A stretch of 64,000 nt of DNA. It comes from Chthoniobacterales bacterium (lineage in GTDB: Bacteria > Verrucomicrobiota > Verrucomicrobiia > Chthoniobacterales > Chthoniobacteraceae). The notes below the pieces were generated by a model that saw only the letters and a program-made list of their open reading frames with translations, ran no database searches and was not told where the DNA came from. The stretch is from assembly GCA_038207335.1 (NCBI GenBank), contig JBBQZX010000002.1, positions 96,001 through 160,000 of the forward strand, read 5' to 3'. Positions 20,315 to 30,252 of this stretch are shown in pieces. The position numbers and the translations under genes were made by a program. Each line of letters opens with the position of its first letter. The stretch's first letter is position 1.

Positions 20315-20836
20315 TCAGCCGCGATAATTCGTCTCGCGGTCGCTCGATTTGGCACCGCTCACGACGAGCTTGCGGCCGAGAAATTCCCGGTCGTGCAGCT
20401 CCGCCACCGCGCGCTTCGCCTCATCGATGGTGGTCATCAGCACGAAGCCGAAGCCCTTCGACCGCTCCGTGTCGCGATGCGTCACAATCTCCGCGCTCTG
20501 CACTTTGCCGACACCGCTGAAGAGCTCCGAAAGATCGCTCTCCGCCGCATCGAACGACAGGTTTCCGACGTAAAGTTTCGCCGAAGTGACCTCGACTGCC
20601 TCGGGTCGGCGCTGCGTCTTGAATGCGCTCGTGGCGCTCTGCCCCGCGGCTTTCGGAGACTGCGCGCCATTGCTCTTCGCGCCTGGCTTGAACCACGCCA
20701 TGATCTTTTGGAAAAAGGTCAGTTTGACTGGCGGGCGTGCCGGGCGGTTGTCTTCGCGGTTGCGGCGCTGCTGCTGCGAGCGGCGCGGGCCGCGATCGGC
20801 GCGGCGGCTGGAGTTTTTCGAGTCTGGAGATTTCAT
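20315..20836 (-). CDS. RRM RNA-binding protein with a basic N-terminal extension
   Basis: RNP2 KLYVGNLSF and RNP1 KGFGFV; start placed at MKSPDS. Confidence 0.88.
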   Translation of the reverse strand: MKSPDSKNSSRRADRGPRRSQQQRRNREDNRPARPPVKLTFFQKIMAWFKPGAKSNGAQSPKAAGQSATSAFKTQRRPEAVEVTSAKLYVGNLSFDAAESDLSELFSGVGKVQSAEIVTHRDTERSKGFGFVLMTTIDEAKRAVAELHDREFLGRKLVVSGAKSSDRETNYRG

Positions 20837-21289
20837 AGGAGTTTGCCGTCTGTGTTGGGTTGATGTGACGGCGGAGGAGGCGTGATCGGGCCAGGAGGCT
20901 TCGAAACGTGCCGGGGATTTTGAAGGCTCGTCGCTGTGTCTGGCCAACGAGGCGCACACACGTGCGATTTTCAAAAACTCCGCCGAGAAAAGGTGCAATG
21001 GAGTGGGCGGGTGAGCGCGCCTCCCAGCATGCCGGAGCGGCGGCGAAACGAAACGCCGCAGTGCCGGGACGAGATTTCCGAGGGAGAAAAAGAGAAGGAT
21101 CAGTCTGCTCACGAATCGGAAAAATCGGCTGGAGGCAAACGAGAGCGCCAAGCTCCCGCCCGATCCACACCTAGAACAGCTTGTTACGCGATCGACACGC
21201 GGTCGGCAAGTTTATTGGCTGCCGCGTTGCACAGAACTGCCGGCTTCCCCACCGCCGTTCGCGTGCTAGGTTCTCCGTCCCAAAAATTT

Positions 21290-22480
21290 ATGGCCACCAG
21301 CATCATCGACCAAAGCCGGCTCGAGCGGATCGAATTCAGCAACGACGAAATCGCGCGCTACTCGCGGCATCTCATCATGCCGGAGGTGACGCTCGAGGGT
21401 CAGCGGCGGCTGAAAGCAGCAAGCGTTTTGTGCATCGGCGCGGGCGGACTCGGCTCGCCGATCGCGCTCTATCTCGCGGCCGCGGGCATCGGGCGCATGG
21501 GGCTCGTCGATGGCGACACCGTCGATTTTTCAAATCTCCAGCGCCAAATTTTGCACGGCACCAAAGACGTCGGACGCAAGAAACTGAACTCCGCGCGCGA
21601 CCGCATTCGTGAGATCAACCCGAACGTGCAGGTCGATCTCTACGACACCTTTTTCACGTCCGAAAATGCGCGCGAAATCGTGGAGCCGTACGACATCGTG
21701 ATCGACGGCACGGACAATTTCCCGACGCGATACCTCTCGAACGACATCTGCGTTTTCCTCAAAAAGCCCAATATCTACGGCTCCATTTTCCGCTTCGACG
21801 GGCAGTGCACCGTCTTCGCGCCGAGCCTCGGCGGGCCGTGCTATCGCTGCATGTTTCCCGAGCCGCCGCCGCCCGGCATGGTGCCGAGTTGCGCGGAGGG
21901 CGGCGTGCTCGGCGTGCTACCCGGCATCATTGGAGTCATGCAGGCGATCGAGGCGGTGAAGCTCATCATGGGCATCGGCGAGCCGCTCATCGGGCGCATG
22001 ATCGCCTTCGACGCGCTGAAGATGAAGTTCCGTGAATTCCGGCTGCGGCGCGATCCGAAGTGCCCGGTCTGCTCGGACAATCCGACGATCACCGAACTCA
22101 TCGACTACGACCAATTTTGCGGAATCCCGCAGGCGAAAGCCGCGGAGGAAGAGGAAGCGCACGTCCCGCACATCACCGCGAAGGAGCTGAAAGCGAAGCT
22201 CGATGCGGGCGAAAAATTCGTCCTGCTCGACGTCCGCGAGCCGTACGAATGGGACATCTGCCACATCCCCGGCGCGCGGCTCATCCCGCTCGGCCAGCTC
22301 CCGTCGCGCATGAGCGAACTCGATTCCGCCGACGAAATCGTCCTCCAATGCAAAACCGGCGCCCGCTCCGCGCGCGCGCTGATGATGCTCCGCGAAGCCG
22401 GCTTCGGAAAACTCGCGAACGTCGAAGGCGGCATCGCTGCATGGGCCGACGACGTCGATCCGAGCGTGCCGAAATACTGA
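21290..22480 (+). CDS. moeB: MoeB/MoeZ-type adenylyltransferase with a C-terminal rhodanese domain
   Basis: RYSRH, GAGGLGS, SNLQRQ, DGTDNF, CYRC and CPVC zinc sites, rhodanese DVREP..CKTGARS. Confidence 0.93.
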   Translation: MATSIIDQSRLERIEFSNDEIARYSRHLIMPEVTLEGQRRLKAASVLCIGAGGLGSPIALYLAAAGIGRMGLVDGDTVDFSNLQRQILHGTKDVGRKKLNSARDRIREINPNVQVDLYDTFFTSENAREIVEPYDIVIDGTDNFPTRYLSNDICVFLKKPNIYGSIFRFDGQCTVFAPSLGGPCYRCMFPEPPPPGMVPSCAEGGVLGVLPGIIGVMQAIEAVKLIMGIGEPLIGRMIAFDALKMKFREFRLRRDPKCPVCSDNPTITELIDYDQFCGIPQAKAAEEEEAHVPHITAKELKAKLDAGEKFVLLDVREPYEWDICHIPGARLIPLGQLPSRMSELDSADEIVLQCKTGARSARALMMLREAGFGKLANVEGGIAAWADDVDPSVPKY

Positions 22481-22486
22481 CGCGAC

Positions 22487-22981
22487 ATGGCCTCTGCTCC
22501 CGATCCTGATTTCATCGCGCGCATCGCTCCGGCGCTTGGGAAAATCGCGAGCGGGCTTTACATCGCGACGGCCGTGGTCCATGGCGTGCCGATGGGAATG
22601 CTGTGCAGCTTTGTCGAGCAGGCGGGGTTTGCGCCGCCGATGATCTCGATCGCTCTCGGGCTGGGAAGGCCCTTGGCCACAGCATTGCAGGGCGATGGCA
22701 TGTTTGGGCTGCACATTCTAAACAAAGAAAACAACGCCCTGCTAAAGGCGTTTGCGCGCGGCGACAATCCCACCGCTTTTGCCGAACTCCCGCGCGTCGA
22801 GAACGCGTTCGGCATCCCGCAGTTCGCCGATGCGTGGGCCTTCCTCACGTGCAAAGTCGCGAGGCATGTCGCGGCTGGCGATCACACGGTTTTCATCGCG
22901 GAAGTCCTCGACGGCGCGCTTCAGCAGGAAGGCGCGCATGAGCCGATGATCCGCGTGCGCCGCGATGGATTCGGATACTGA
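22487..22981 (+). CDS. Flavin reductase-like protein
   Basis: ALGKIASGLYI, SFVEQAGFAPPMI, AGDHTVFIAEV. Confidence 0.88.
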   Translation: MASAPDPDFIARIAPALGKIASGLYIATAVVHGVPMGMLCSFVEQAGFAPPMISIALGLGRPLATALQGDGMFGLHILNKENNALLKAFARGDNPTAFAELPRVENAFGIPQFADAWAFLTCKVARHVAAGDHTVFIAEVLDGALQQEGAHEPMIRVRRDGFGY

Positions 22982-23261
22982 GCCGCCGATTTCCGCGGCG
23001 TTTCTCGCGCTGCTCCGCTGTCCCCTCACGCGTCAGCTGCTCGCCTTCGCGCCGCCGGGTATGATCGCGAAACTCGAAGCCGCGCGCCTCCGCCACGAAC
23101 TGCGCGACTCCTCGGGAACGCCGATCGCCACTGCATTCACTCGCGGTCTACTGCGGTCGGATGGCACCCTGCTCTTTCCGATCCGCGACGGAATTCCGAT
23201 CCTCACCGCAGATCACGCTATCGTCGTTACGGCATTCACGGACCAGAATGCCGCCGCCTAA
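22965..23261 (+). CDS. Trm112/YcaR-like protein
   Basis: LLRCPLTRQ ... FPIRDGIPIL. Confidence 0.8.
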   Translation: MDSDTEPPISAAFLALLRCPLTRQLLAFAPPGMIAKLEAARLRHELRDSSGTPIATAFTRGLLRSDGTLLFPIRDGIPILTADHAIVVTAFTDQNAAA

Positions 23262-23300
23262 GGCGCGCGGAAAGACGAGGTCCGCGGCGTGCCGGATGCG

Positions 23301-23393
23301 CGGGGCGGAGAGCTTTTCCCGCAAGGAAATCGGGGCAGACACTTTCACCCGCAAGGTGGATCTTGGGGAGGATGCAAGTTGCCGCAATTCAAT
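23301..23393. repeat. Degenerate 30-33 nt tandem repeat with CC-CGCAA-GG hairpins
   Basis: CGGGGCGGAGAGCTTTTCCCGCAAGGAAAT / CGGGGCAGACACTTTCACCCGCAAGGTGGA / TGGGGAGGATGCAAGTTGCCGCAATTCAAT. Confidence 0.6.
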
Positions 23394-23394
23394 C

Positions 23395-23422
23395 TCTCAA
23401 CACTCAACTCTCCACTCTCATC
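23395..23422. repeat. Heptamer tandem repeat (TCTCAAC-type, 4 units)
   Basis: TCTCAAC ACTCAAC TCTCCAC TCTCATC; it contains the stop codon of the PEP-CTERM gene. Confidence 0.65.
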
Positions 23423-26400
23423 CCTCGCTCCCAGCTCGATGCGCTCCGGCGGCGGCGGGCGGAGAATGCGGCGAGGCCGAGGAGTAGCAGCGCGGCGCTG
23501 CACGGTTCTGGCACGGCGAGCAGCGTCACGTCGTTGCCACCATCCGCGCTGTAGCTGATCTGGAAGGGCTGCGTGAATATCCCAGAGGTGACGGTGAAGG
23601 TCTGGCCTTCGAGGAGGGTCTGGCTGTTGTAGCTGAAGAGTCCGCCGCCGGTGCGGGGGGCGGTGCCGTCGAGGATGGTGAAGAGCGTGGAGTCCACCGG
23701 GTCGGCGAGGAGCGCGATATTCAACGTGATGGTGCCGGTGAGGCTGGCCGCGCCAGTGACGGCGAGCTGGTCGCCGGTGGTGGTGCCGATCTCGAGGGTG
23801 AATGCGGAGCCATTTCCAAAGGCGACGGGGCCAGTCGAGAGGGTGCCGATGCTCGCGCCGGGGGCGATCGCGCCGCCGCTGGCGACGGTGACGGTCGCCG
23901 CGGGATTGATCGTGCCGCGGCCGCCGAGGGTGCCACCATTCACCTGCACGCTCACGGTGCCGGAGAGGGAGCCATTCACGAGCAGCTTCCCGCCGTTGAT
24001 CGTGGTCGCGCCGGTGTTTGTGCTCGCGCCGCTGAGTGTCAGCGCGCCGGAGCCTTGCTTCGTGAGGGCGACGGCGCTGGTGACGCTGCCGCTGAAGATG
24101 GAGTCGGAAGCGTCCCCGACGGTGAGGACGGCTGGCGCTGGTGCCGCGGTCACTTCATTGGAAAAGCCATACCAGTGGTAGGTCCCGGCGCCGGTTTGAT
24201 TCGTGGTGAGCGTGGCCGTGCCCGAGGCATCGGCGGTGTAGCGGAAGGAGAGGAAGCTCGGCGTGGCGCTGCCGTCTTCGTTGAAGATCACTGCGGCACT
24301 GGCGGCTCCCGCGTTGAAGGAAAACAACTGGGTCCGGTCGAAGAATGATCCGAACTGGCGCTGGTAAAGGCGGGCCTCGTAGCTCGTGCCGGGGGTCAGC
24401 CCGGTGAGCTTGAGCGCGGCTGGATTGCCGTTGTAGTAGAAGTTCGTGAGCAGGCTGCTGATGTCGCCGGTCGCGCCAGTGCCGCCATTGCCGGCGATGA
24501 GTGTGGCACCGGTGAGCGACCACGTCGCGCCGTTGTTGCCCGCGCCCGTGAAGTTCACGCCATTGATCGCCACGTCCGTGCCTTCGGCGAAGTCGAGGGC
24601 GTGGGTGTAGGTCTTCGTGGTGGAAATCCCGGTGCCGATATCTTCGGTGAAAAAGACCGGCGCGCCGATATGCACGCCGGGGGAGCCGGTGACGGTGCCC
24701 GCGCCGGAGAGGTTGTTGATGGTCTCGTTATTGCCAGCGAGGTCGAAGGTGGCGCCGGCATTCACGGTGACTTTGCCCGCGCCCGCACCATGCGGGATGA
24801 CCTCGGAAGCGCCGAGCCTCAGCGTGCCATTGGCGACGACGGTGTCGCCCGCGTAGTCGTTGGCGGTGTTCGAGAGCGTGAGCGTGCTGTTTTCATCCAC
24901 GCGGCCGGAGCCCTTTGTGAGCCCGCCAGCGCCGGTGACCTGCCCGAGGATGCGGAGGTTGTTGGAGTTGTTGCCGCCGATGTTGCTGCTCGCCGCGAGG
25001 GTGACTTTCCCAGTGAGCGTGTAATCGGCGAATCCTCCGCCACCGCCATCCGCGTAGATCGCGCTCTTGAGCCCGCCGCCGGGATTGCCGCCGGGGCCGT
25101 TGAGCGTGAAATCGTGCGCGATGATGGGCGAGCCGGTATTCCACCATGCGAGGTAGTTTGCGCCGTTCGCGACGGAGACGGGGCCGGTGCCGAGGGCCGC
25201 GGAGTGGTGGGCGAAGATGGCGCCGCCGGAGATGGTGGTGCCGCCGGTGAAATTGCTCGCGCCATAGAGGTCCTGGTTTCCGCTGCCTTGTTTGATGAGC
25301 GCCGTGGGGCCATTGATCGCGCCAGCGAAGGAGTAGCTCGCGGCATCACCGATCGTGAGCGTCGGGGTGGGAGCGGCGATGCTCTCCAGGCTCGCACCGA
25401 ACCAGTGAAATGAATTGTTCGGAATCTGAGGTACCATGGTGATGCTGAAGGTGGAGGCGTGGGCCACGAAGTTGTAGGCGTAGTAGCCGATATTCACGGG
25501 ATCGGTGCCGAGCAACTGGGTGGACACCGGGCCGTTCGGGTCTTCGTCGAAGGTGGCATCCTGCGGGCGCGGTCCCCAGATGCCGACTCTCGTGTAGAGC
25601 GTCGCGTTGTAGGTCTGGCCGGGGGTGAGGTTGCTAAAGGTGAGCACGCCAGGATGGCCGTCATAATAGAAATCATCGACGAGCTGATCGTATCCTGTGT
25701 GCAAGCCGTTCTGCTGGCCTTCTACGAACAGAGCTCCCGCGCCAGTGAGAGAGAAACCCGGGCCGGAAGTGCCTGCATCGTCGAATGTCACGCCGTTCAC
25801 CGTCGCGCCGCCGTTATTCCCGAAATCGAGTTTCTGGACGTAATTCTTGCCTGTCGAGATGAGTCCCTCGCCGTCGGTGCCGGTGGAAAGGATGCCGCTC
25901 CGTGTGATCGTGCCCGCGCCGCTGAGCCCGGTCACGGTCTGGCTCGAAAGGCCGAGATCCCACGTCGCGCCGCCCGCGACGGTCGCGAGGCCGGGCGTGC
26001 CGGAATTCGTCTGGGCCAACTTCAGCGTGCCGGCGGTGACGGTGGTCGCGCCGGAGTAGGCGATCGGTCCGGCGAGCGTGAGCACTCCGGCGCCGTCCTT
26101 CGTGAAGTTGCCGGTGCCCGTCAAGGTTCCCGCAAACGTGGTCGTGTTGCCATTTCCACCGGCCGTGAGCGTACCGCCACCGAGCGCGACGGTCGATCCC
26201 GCCACACCGGCGAGCGAGCCGACCGTCGTCGTCGTGCCGTTCACATCGAATGCAGCGCCTGCCGCGGAGAGATTCAGAGCAGTGGCAGCGGGGAGCGATC
26301 CACCGCCGACGAGCTGCAATGTCCCGCCCAAAACCGTCGTGCTCCCGCCGTAGCTATTCGCGCCGCCGAGTTGCATGGTGCCGATGCCGACCTTGGTAAG

Positions 26401-28299
26401 ACTGCCCGCGCCACTGATGACGCCCGCAAATGCTGTGGGCGCGCCGTTCCCGCCAACGGTGAATGCGCCGTTGTTCAGCACGTTCGTCCCCGAGACGCCC
26501 GCGAGGGAGCCGACCGTCTGGTTGTGCCCGTTCACATCGAGCGCCGCGCCCGCGCCAGCGAGATTCAGCGCCGTCGTGGACGGCAGGGCGCCGTAGTCCG
26601 ACGATGCGACGAAGATCGCGTCGATCGCCGTGGCGCGGTCTGCGTTGTCCGGGTTCACGGGGACGAATGCGATGGTGTGGCTCCCCGCAGTGAGTGGGAC
26701 GTTCGTGAATTGAAACGGTTGGAAATTTCCGCCCGACTCGAAGCCTGTGTAGGGGAGGCTAGAGACTGGCGCGCCATCGACTTGCAGCTGCAGGCCATTC
26801 GCGCCAAAGCCGGGGCGGTTGGCAGCGAGGAATGACAGGTTGTAGTTCCCGGCGTCCGCGAAATTCAGCACCTGGCTGATGGCCGTGGACTGGGTGAATC
26901 CCGCGTGCGTTCCTTCGGGCGCGATGTTCACCCAGGGTCCGCCGTTCGACGAAATACCGGCGCCCGGACCGAAGTCCCAGCCGGTGCCCGTCGGGTTGTA
27001 GGCCCACACGCCGCCTCCCAGCGAGCCGGTGTTCTCAAATCCCGCGTTCACCACTGCGATCCGCGATCCGCCGAGGAAAAGCGTCCCGCCTGTCACGGTC
27101 GTGCTGCCTGAGTACGTGCCGATGCCGGCGAGCGTGAGCGTGCCGACGCCTGCTTTCGTGAAGTCGCCCGTGCCGCTGATGACGCCGCCGAAAGTTTGCG
27201 CCCCCGCACTCGAGATCGTGAAGGTGCCGCTGTTCGCGATGTTTCCGATGCTCGTCAGGTCCGCTGTCGGCGATTCGATCGCGAGGGTGCCGCTTCCGAT
27301 CGTCACGCCCTTCCCCGAGCCCGTTACTGCGCCCGTGAGCCGCACGGTGCCCGCGCCAAATTTCGCGAGCGAGCTGTCCAGTTGCACTGGCGTCGCGATC
27401 GTGTGAATGCCCGCGTCCGCCTTTAGCACGGATGTGCCGCCCGCATCCGCTCGGAGGGTGAGCGTATTCGCGCCGGAGATCGTCCACGCATTGGTACCTG
27501 CGAACTGCACGTGCCCGACCGTAATGGCGGCGTCGAGATTGATGGAAGTCGGCGCGCCCTGCGCGGCGAAGTTCGCGTTCGCGCCGATGCCGTTTGGCGT
27601 ACCGCCGCTCCACGTCGCGGTCGTCCAGTTCGCGCCGCTGGTCCACGAGTTGTTGAAGACCTGCTCATTGCTCAACCCGTAGAAGTGCATCGTGCCCGCG
27701 CCATTTTGCGGAGCGAAGCTCAGGTCCGTAGTCGCGCCGGTCGCGACGAATGTGTAGCGCAGCGTCGATGCCTCCAGCGCATCCTCGTTATAGGAAATAC
27801 TCGCGCCCTCCGTGGAGTTCACGAGTTGCGTCCGATCGGCTCCCAGCCCCCACGCCTGATTGTAAAGGGTGACGGTGTAGGTCTGGCCGACGGTGAGCGC
27901 GCTCATCGTCAGGACCGCCGGGGCGCCACCGTATTGGAAACCGTCGAACAGGTCGTCGATCACGCTGGCGCCGAAGGTCGTCGTGTGGTTTCCGCCGCCC
28001 CCAAACGTATTCGGCGCGCCCGAGAGGGACCAGCCCGTGCCAAATGTATCGTTGCCGCTTCCAGCGAATGTCGCGCCGTTCACAGCCACATTTCCGCCGA
28101 TGACATTCGCGAGGGAGATGTAGCTTTTTGCCGTGCTGACGCCCGAGTCCGCATCGCCGGTAAAGGCGCCGCTGGAGAAGACGGCATCCGTCCCCTGCGC
28201 GGTGTCGATGGCGGCAAAGGTCGCGATGCTGGCGAGGAGGATGACCGGGCGGAGCGTCCGGCGATTGAGGGAACGGAAAAGGTCGAGTGCGTGTTTCAT
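23404..28299 (-). CDS. Giant PEP-CTERM protein with autotransporter beta-strand repeats and inserted globular modules (1631 aa)
   Basis: Signal peptide; KxGxGxLTLxG repeats; VPEPCS-hydrophobic-RRRR; three homologous ~170-aa modules plus one NAGFE-initiated module. Confidence 0.9.
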   Translation of the reverse strand: MKHALDLFRSLNRRTLRPVILLASIATFAAIDTAQGTDAVFSSGAFTGDADSGVSTAKSYISLANVIGGNVAVNGATFAGSGNDTFGTGWSLSGAPNTFGGGGNHTTTFGASVIDDLFDGFQYGGAPAVLTMSALTVGQTYTVTLYNQAWGLGADRTQLVNSTEGASISYNEDALEASTLRYTFVATGATTDLSFAPQNGAGTMHFYGLSNEQVFNNSWTSGANWTTATWSGGTPNGIGANANFAAQGAPTSINLDAAITVGHVQFAGTNAWTISGANTLTLRADAGGTSVLKADAGIHTIATPVQLDSSLAKFGAGTVRLTGAVTGSGKGVTIGSGTLAIESPTADLTSIGNIANSGTFTISSAGAQTFGGVISGTGDFTKAGVGTLTLAGIGTYSGSTTVTGGTLFLGGSRIAVVNAGFENTGSLGGGVWAYNPTGTGWDFGPGAGISSNGGPWVNIAPEGTHAGFTQSTAISQVLNFADAGNYNLSFLAANRPGFGANGLQLQVDGAPVSSLPYTGFESGGNFQPFQFTNVPLTAGSHTIAFVPVNPDNADRATAIDAIFVASSDYGALPSTTALNLAGAGAALDVNGHNQTVGSLAGVSGTNVLNNGAFTVGGNGAPTAFAGVISGAGSLTKVGIGTMQLGGANSYGGSTTVLGGTLQLVGGGSLPAATALNLSAAGAAFDVNGTTTTVGSLAGVAGSTVALGGGTLTAGGNGNTTTFAGTLTGTGNFTKDGAGVLTLAGPIAYSGATTVTAGTLKLAQTNSGTPGLATVAGGATWDLGLSSQTVTGLSGAGTITRSGILSTGTDGEGLISTGKNYVQKLDFGNNGGATVNGVTFDDAGTSGPGFSLTGAGALFVEGQQNGLHTGYDQLVDDFYYDGHPGVLTFSNLTPGQTYNATLYTRVGIWGPRPQDATFDEDPNGPVSTQLLGTDPVNIGYYAYNFVAHASTFSITMVPQIPNNSFHWFGASLESIAAPTPTLTIGDAASYSFAGAINGPTALIKQGSGNQDLYGASNFTGGTTISGGAIFAHHSAALGTGPVSVANGANYLAWWNTGSPIIAHDFTLNGPGGNPGGGLKSAIYADGGGGGFADYTLTGKVTLAASSNIGGNNSNNLRILGQVTGAGGLTKGSGRVDENSTLTLSNTANDYAGDTVVANGTLRLGASEVIPHGAGAGKVTVNAGATFDLAGNNETINNLSGAGTVTGSPGVHIGAPVFFTEDIGTGISTTKTYTHALDFAEGTDVAINGVNFTGAGNNGATWSLTGATLIAGNGGTGATGDISSLLTNFYYNGNPAALKLTGLTPGTSYEARLYQRQFGSFFDRTQLFSFNAGAASAAVIFNEDGSATPSFLSFRYTADASGTATLTTNQTGAGTYHWYGFSNEVTAAPAPAVLTVGDASDSIFSGSVTSAVALTKQGSGALTLSGASTNTGATTINGGKLLVNGSLSGTVSVQVNGGTLGGRGTINPAATVTVASGGAIAPGASIGTLSTGPVAFGNGSAFTLEIGTTTGDQLAVTGAASLTGTITLNIALLADPVDSTLFTILDGTAPRTGGGLFSYNSQTLLEGQTFTVTSGIFTQPFQISYSADGGNDVTLLAVPEPCSAALLLLGLAAFSARRRRSASSWERGMRVES

Positions 28300-28548
28300 G
28301 GGGGTGTGCGGGCGTGTGTGGGGTTGGACTGGGGAGGACGTTTTTGTCGCCTAGTCCTAGCGACGGAATCGCCATATGAGCTGGCAGGCTGCGTGGTCAA
28401 GGATGGAGGCGAGAAAAAACATCCCGGTAAACTGCTCTTCTTTCGCAAGGTCCAGCGTCCGGTGTTGTGGGAGCGAACCGTTGAAGCGCGGTGAAAGCCT
28501 GGCGGCTGCCGCTCGACGCACGCACTCCTGGCGATTATTCACGCTCCC

Positions 28549-30243
28549 ATGTCGAAATCCTTCGCATGGTTCGTCTGGCTTTTTGCCGCGGCGTTCTTCG
28601 GATGCTTCTTCCTCTGGCCCATCGTCACGGCGCTCGGCGGCGCATTCATCGACGCCGACGGCCGCTTCACCTTTGCCTTCGTCGCCGAGGTCTTTCGCAA
28701 CCGCATCTACCTCGAAGGCCTCTCCAACGCCTTCCTCCTCGCCGTCGCGAGCACCGCCGTCACCGCCGCCATCGCGCTCCCGCTCGCGTGGGCCTCTGAC
28801 CGCTTTCTCTTCACCGGAAAAAAGCTTCTCTCCGCGTTCCTGCTCGTCCCGATGATCCTCCCGCCATTCGTCGGCGCCATCGGCATTCGCCAAATCCTCG
28901 GGCAATTCGGCGCGCTCAACGCCCTCCTCATCAAACTCCACCTCGTCGCGCCCGGCGCCACCATCGACTGGCTCGGCCGCGGGCAGTTCTGGGGCATCGT
29001 CGCCGTCAACGCCCTCCACCTTTACCCGATCCTCTTTCTCAACCTCTCCGCCGCCCTCGCAAATCTCGACCCCGCGATGGAAGAAGCCGCCGCAAACCTA
29101 GGCTGCACGGGCCTTCGCCGTCTGCGCCGCATCACGCTGCCGCTCGTTTTGCCCGGCCTTTTTGCGGGCGGCACTCTCGTCTTCATCTTTGCATTCACCG
29201 AGCTCGGCGTGCCGCTCATGTTCGACTACACGCGCGTCACGCCCGTCCAGATTTTCTACGGCATCAAGGAAATCGCCGGCAACCCGTTCCCCTTCGCCCT
29301 CGTCGTCGTCATGCTTTTCAGCACCATGCTCCTCTACGCCGCGAGCAGGTTCTTTTTTGGAAAAGTAAACCCCGCCTCTGCTGGCAAAGCCTCCACCGGA
29401 TCGGGCGCCCGCGAAACCTCCGTCGCCGTCCGATGGGCCTGCACGCTTGGTTTCACGGCGATCACCGTCATCGCCCTCCTGCCGCACGCGGGCGTCGTCT
29501 GCGTCTCCTTTGCCGGCCAGTGGTATCGCACGATCTTCCCGAGCGAGTGGACGCTCGGCCACTACCAAACCGCCCTCGGCCACTACCTCACCGTCCCCTC
29601 GATCATCAATAGCCTCAAATACGCGAGCTGCTCCACGCTCTTCGACCTCCTGCTCGGCGTCGCCATCGCATACGTCGTCGTCCGCACCACCCTCCCGGCG
29701 CGCGGACTCCTTGATGCCCTCGCCATGCTCCCGCTCGCCGTGCCGGGTCTCGTCCTCGCCTTCGGCTACATCTCGATGACGCAAAAAGGCAGCCTCTTCG
29801 CCGCGCTCAATCCCGGTGAAAATCCCACCCTCCTGCTCATCGTCGCGTACGCCATCCGCCGGCTCCCGTACGTCGTCCGAGCCGCCGCCGCCGGGCTCCA
29901 GCAAACCAGCGTCACCCTCGAGGAAGCCGCGCAAAACCTCGGTTGTCCGCCACTGCGCACCCTCCGCCGCATCACCCTCCCGCTCATTACCGCGAACATC
30001 CTCGCGGGCGGCCTCCTCGCGTTTTCATTCGCTATGCTGGAGGTCTCCGACTCCCTAGTGCTCGCGCAAAAACAGCAGCACTTCCCCATCACGAAAGCCA
30101 TCTACGAACTCTTTCAGCTCCTCGGCGAAGGCCGCTTCGTCGCCAGCGCCCTCGGAGTCTGGGCCATGCTTTTCCTCGGCATCACCATCCTCGCCGCGAG
30201 CCGCATCCTTGGCAGGAAAATGGGCGCACTTTTCCGCATCTGA
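28549..30243 (+). CDS. Iron(III)-type ABC transporter permease (FbpB-like, two TM domains)
   Basis: Two EAA loops (EEAAANLG, EEAAQNLG); PPFVGA. Confidence 0.88.
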   Translation: MSKSFAWFVWLFAAAFFGCFFLWPIVTALGGAFIDADGRFTFAFVAEVFRNRIYLEGLSNAFLLAVASTAVTAAIALPLAWASDRFLFTGKKLLSAFLLVPMILPPFVGAIGIRQILGQFGALNALLIKLHLVAPGATIDWLGRGQFWGIVAVNALHLYPILFLNLSAALANLDPAMEEAAANLGCTGLRRLRRITLPLVLPGLFAGGTLVFIFAFTELGVPLMFDYTRVTPVQIFYGIKEIAGNPFPFALVVVMLFSTMLLYAASRFFFGKVNPASAGKASTGSGARETSVAVRWACTLGFTAITVIALLPHAGVVCVSFAGQWYRTIFPSEWTLGHYQTALGHYLTVPSIINSLKYASCSTLFDLLLGVAIAYVVVRTTLPARGLLDALAMLPLAVPGLVLAFGYISMTQKGSLFAALNPGENPTLLLIVAYAIRRLPYVVRAAAAGLQQTSVTLEEAAQNLGCPPLRTLRRITLPLITANILAGGLLAFSFAMLEVSDSLVLAQKQQHFPITKAIYELFQLLGEGRFVASALGVWAMLFLGITILAASRILGRKMGALFRI

Positions 30244-30252
30244 GCGCCGGGC

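Noticed and set aside
20837..21289. N-terminal extensions of MoeB (from 20936) and of the RRM protein (from 21151)
   Set aside because: They overlap each other on opposite strands and lack family motifs; better starts lie downstream
23301..23393. Mini CRISPR array
   Set aside because: Units are contiguous and degenerate with no spacers, and there are no cas genes
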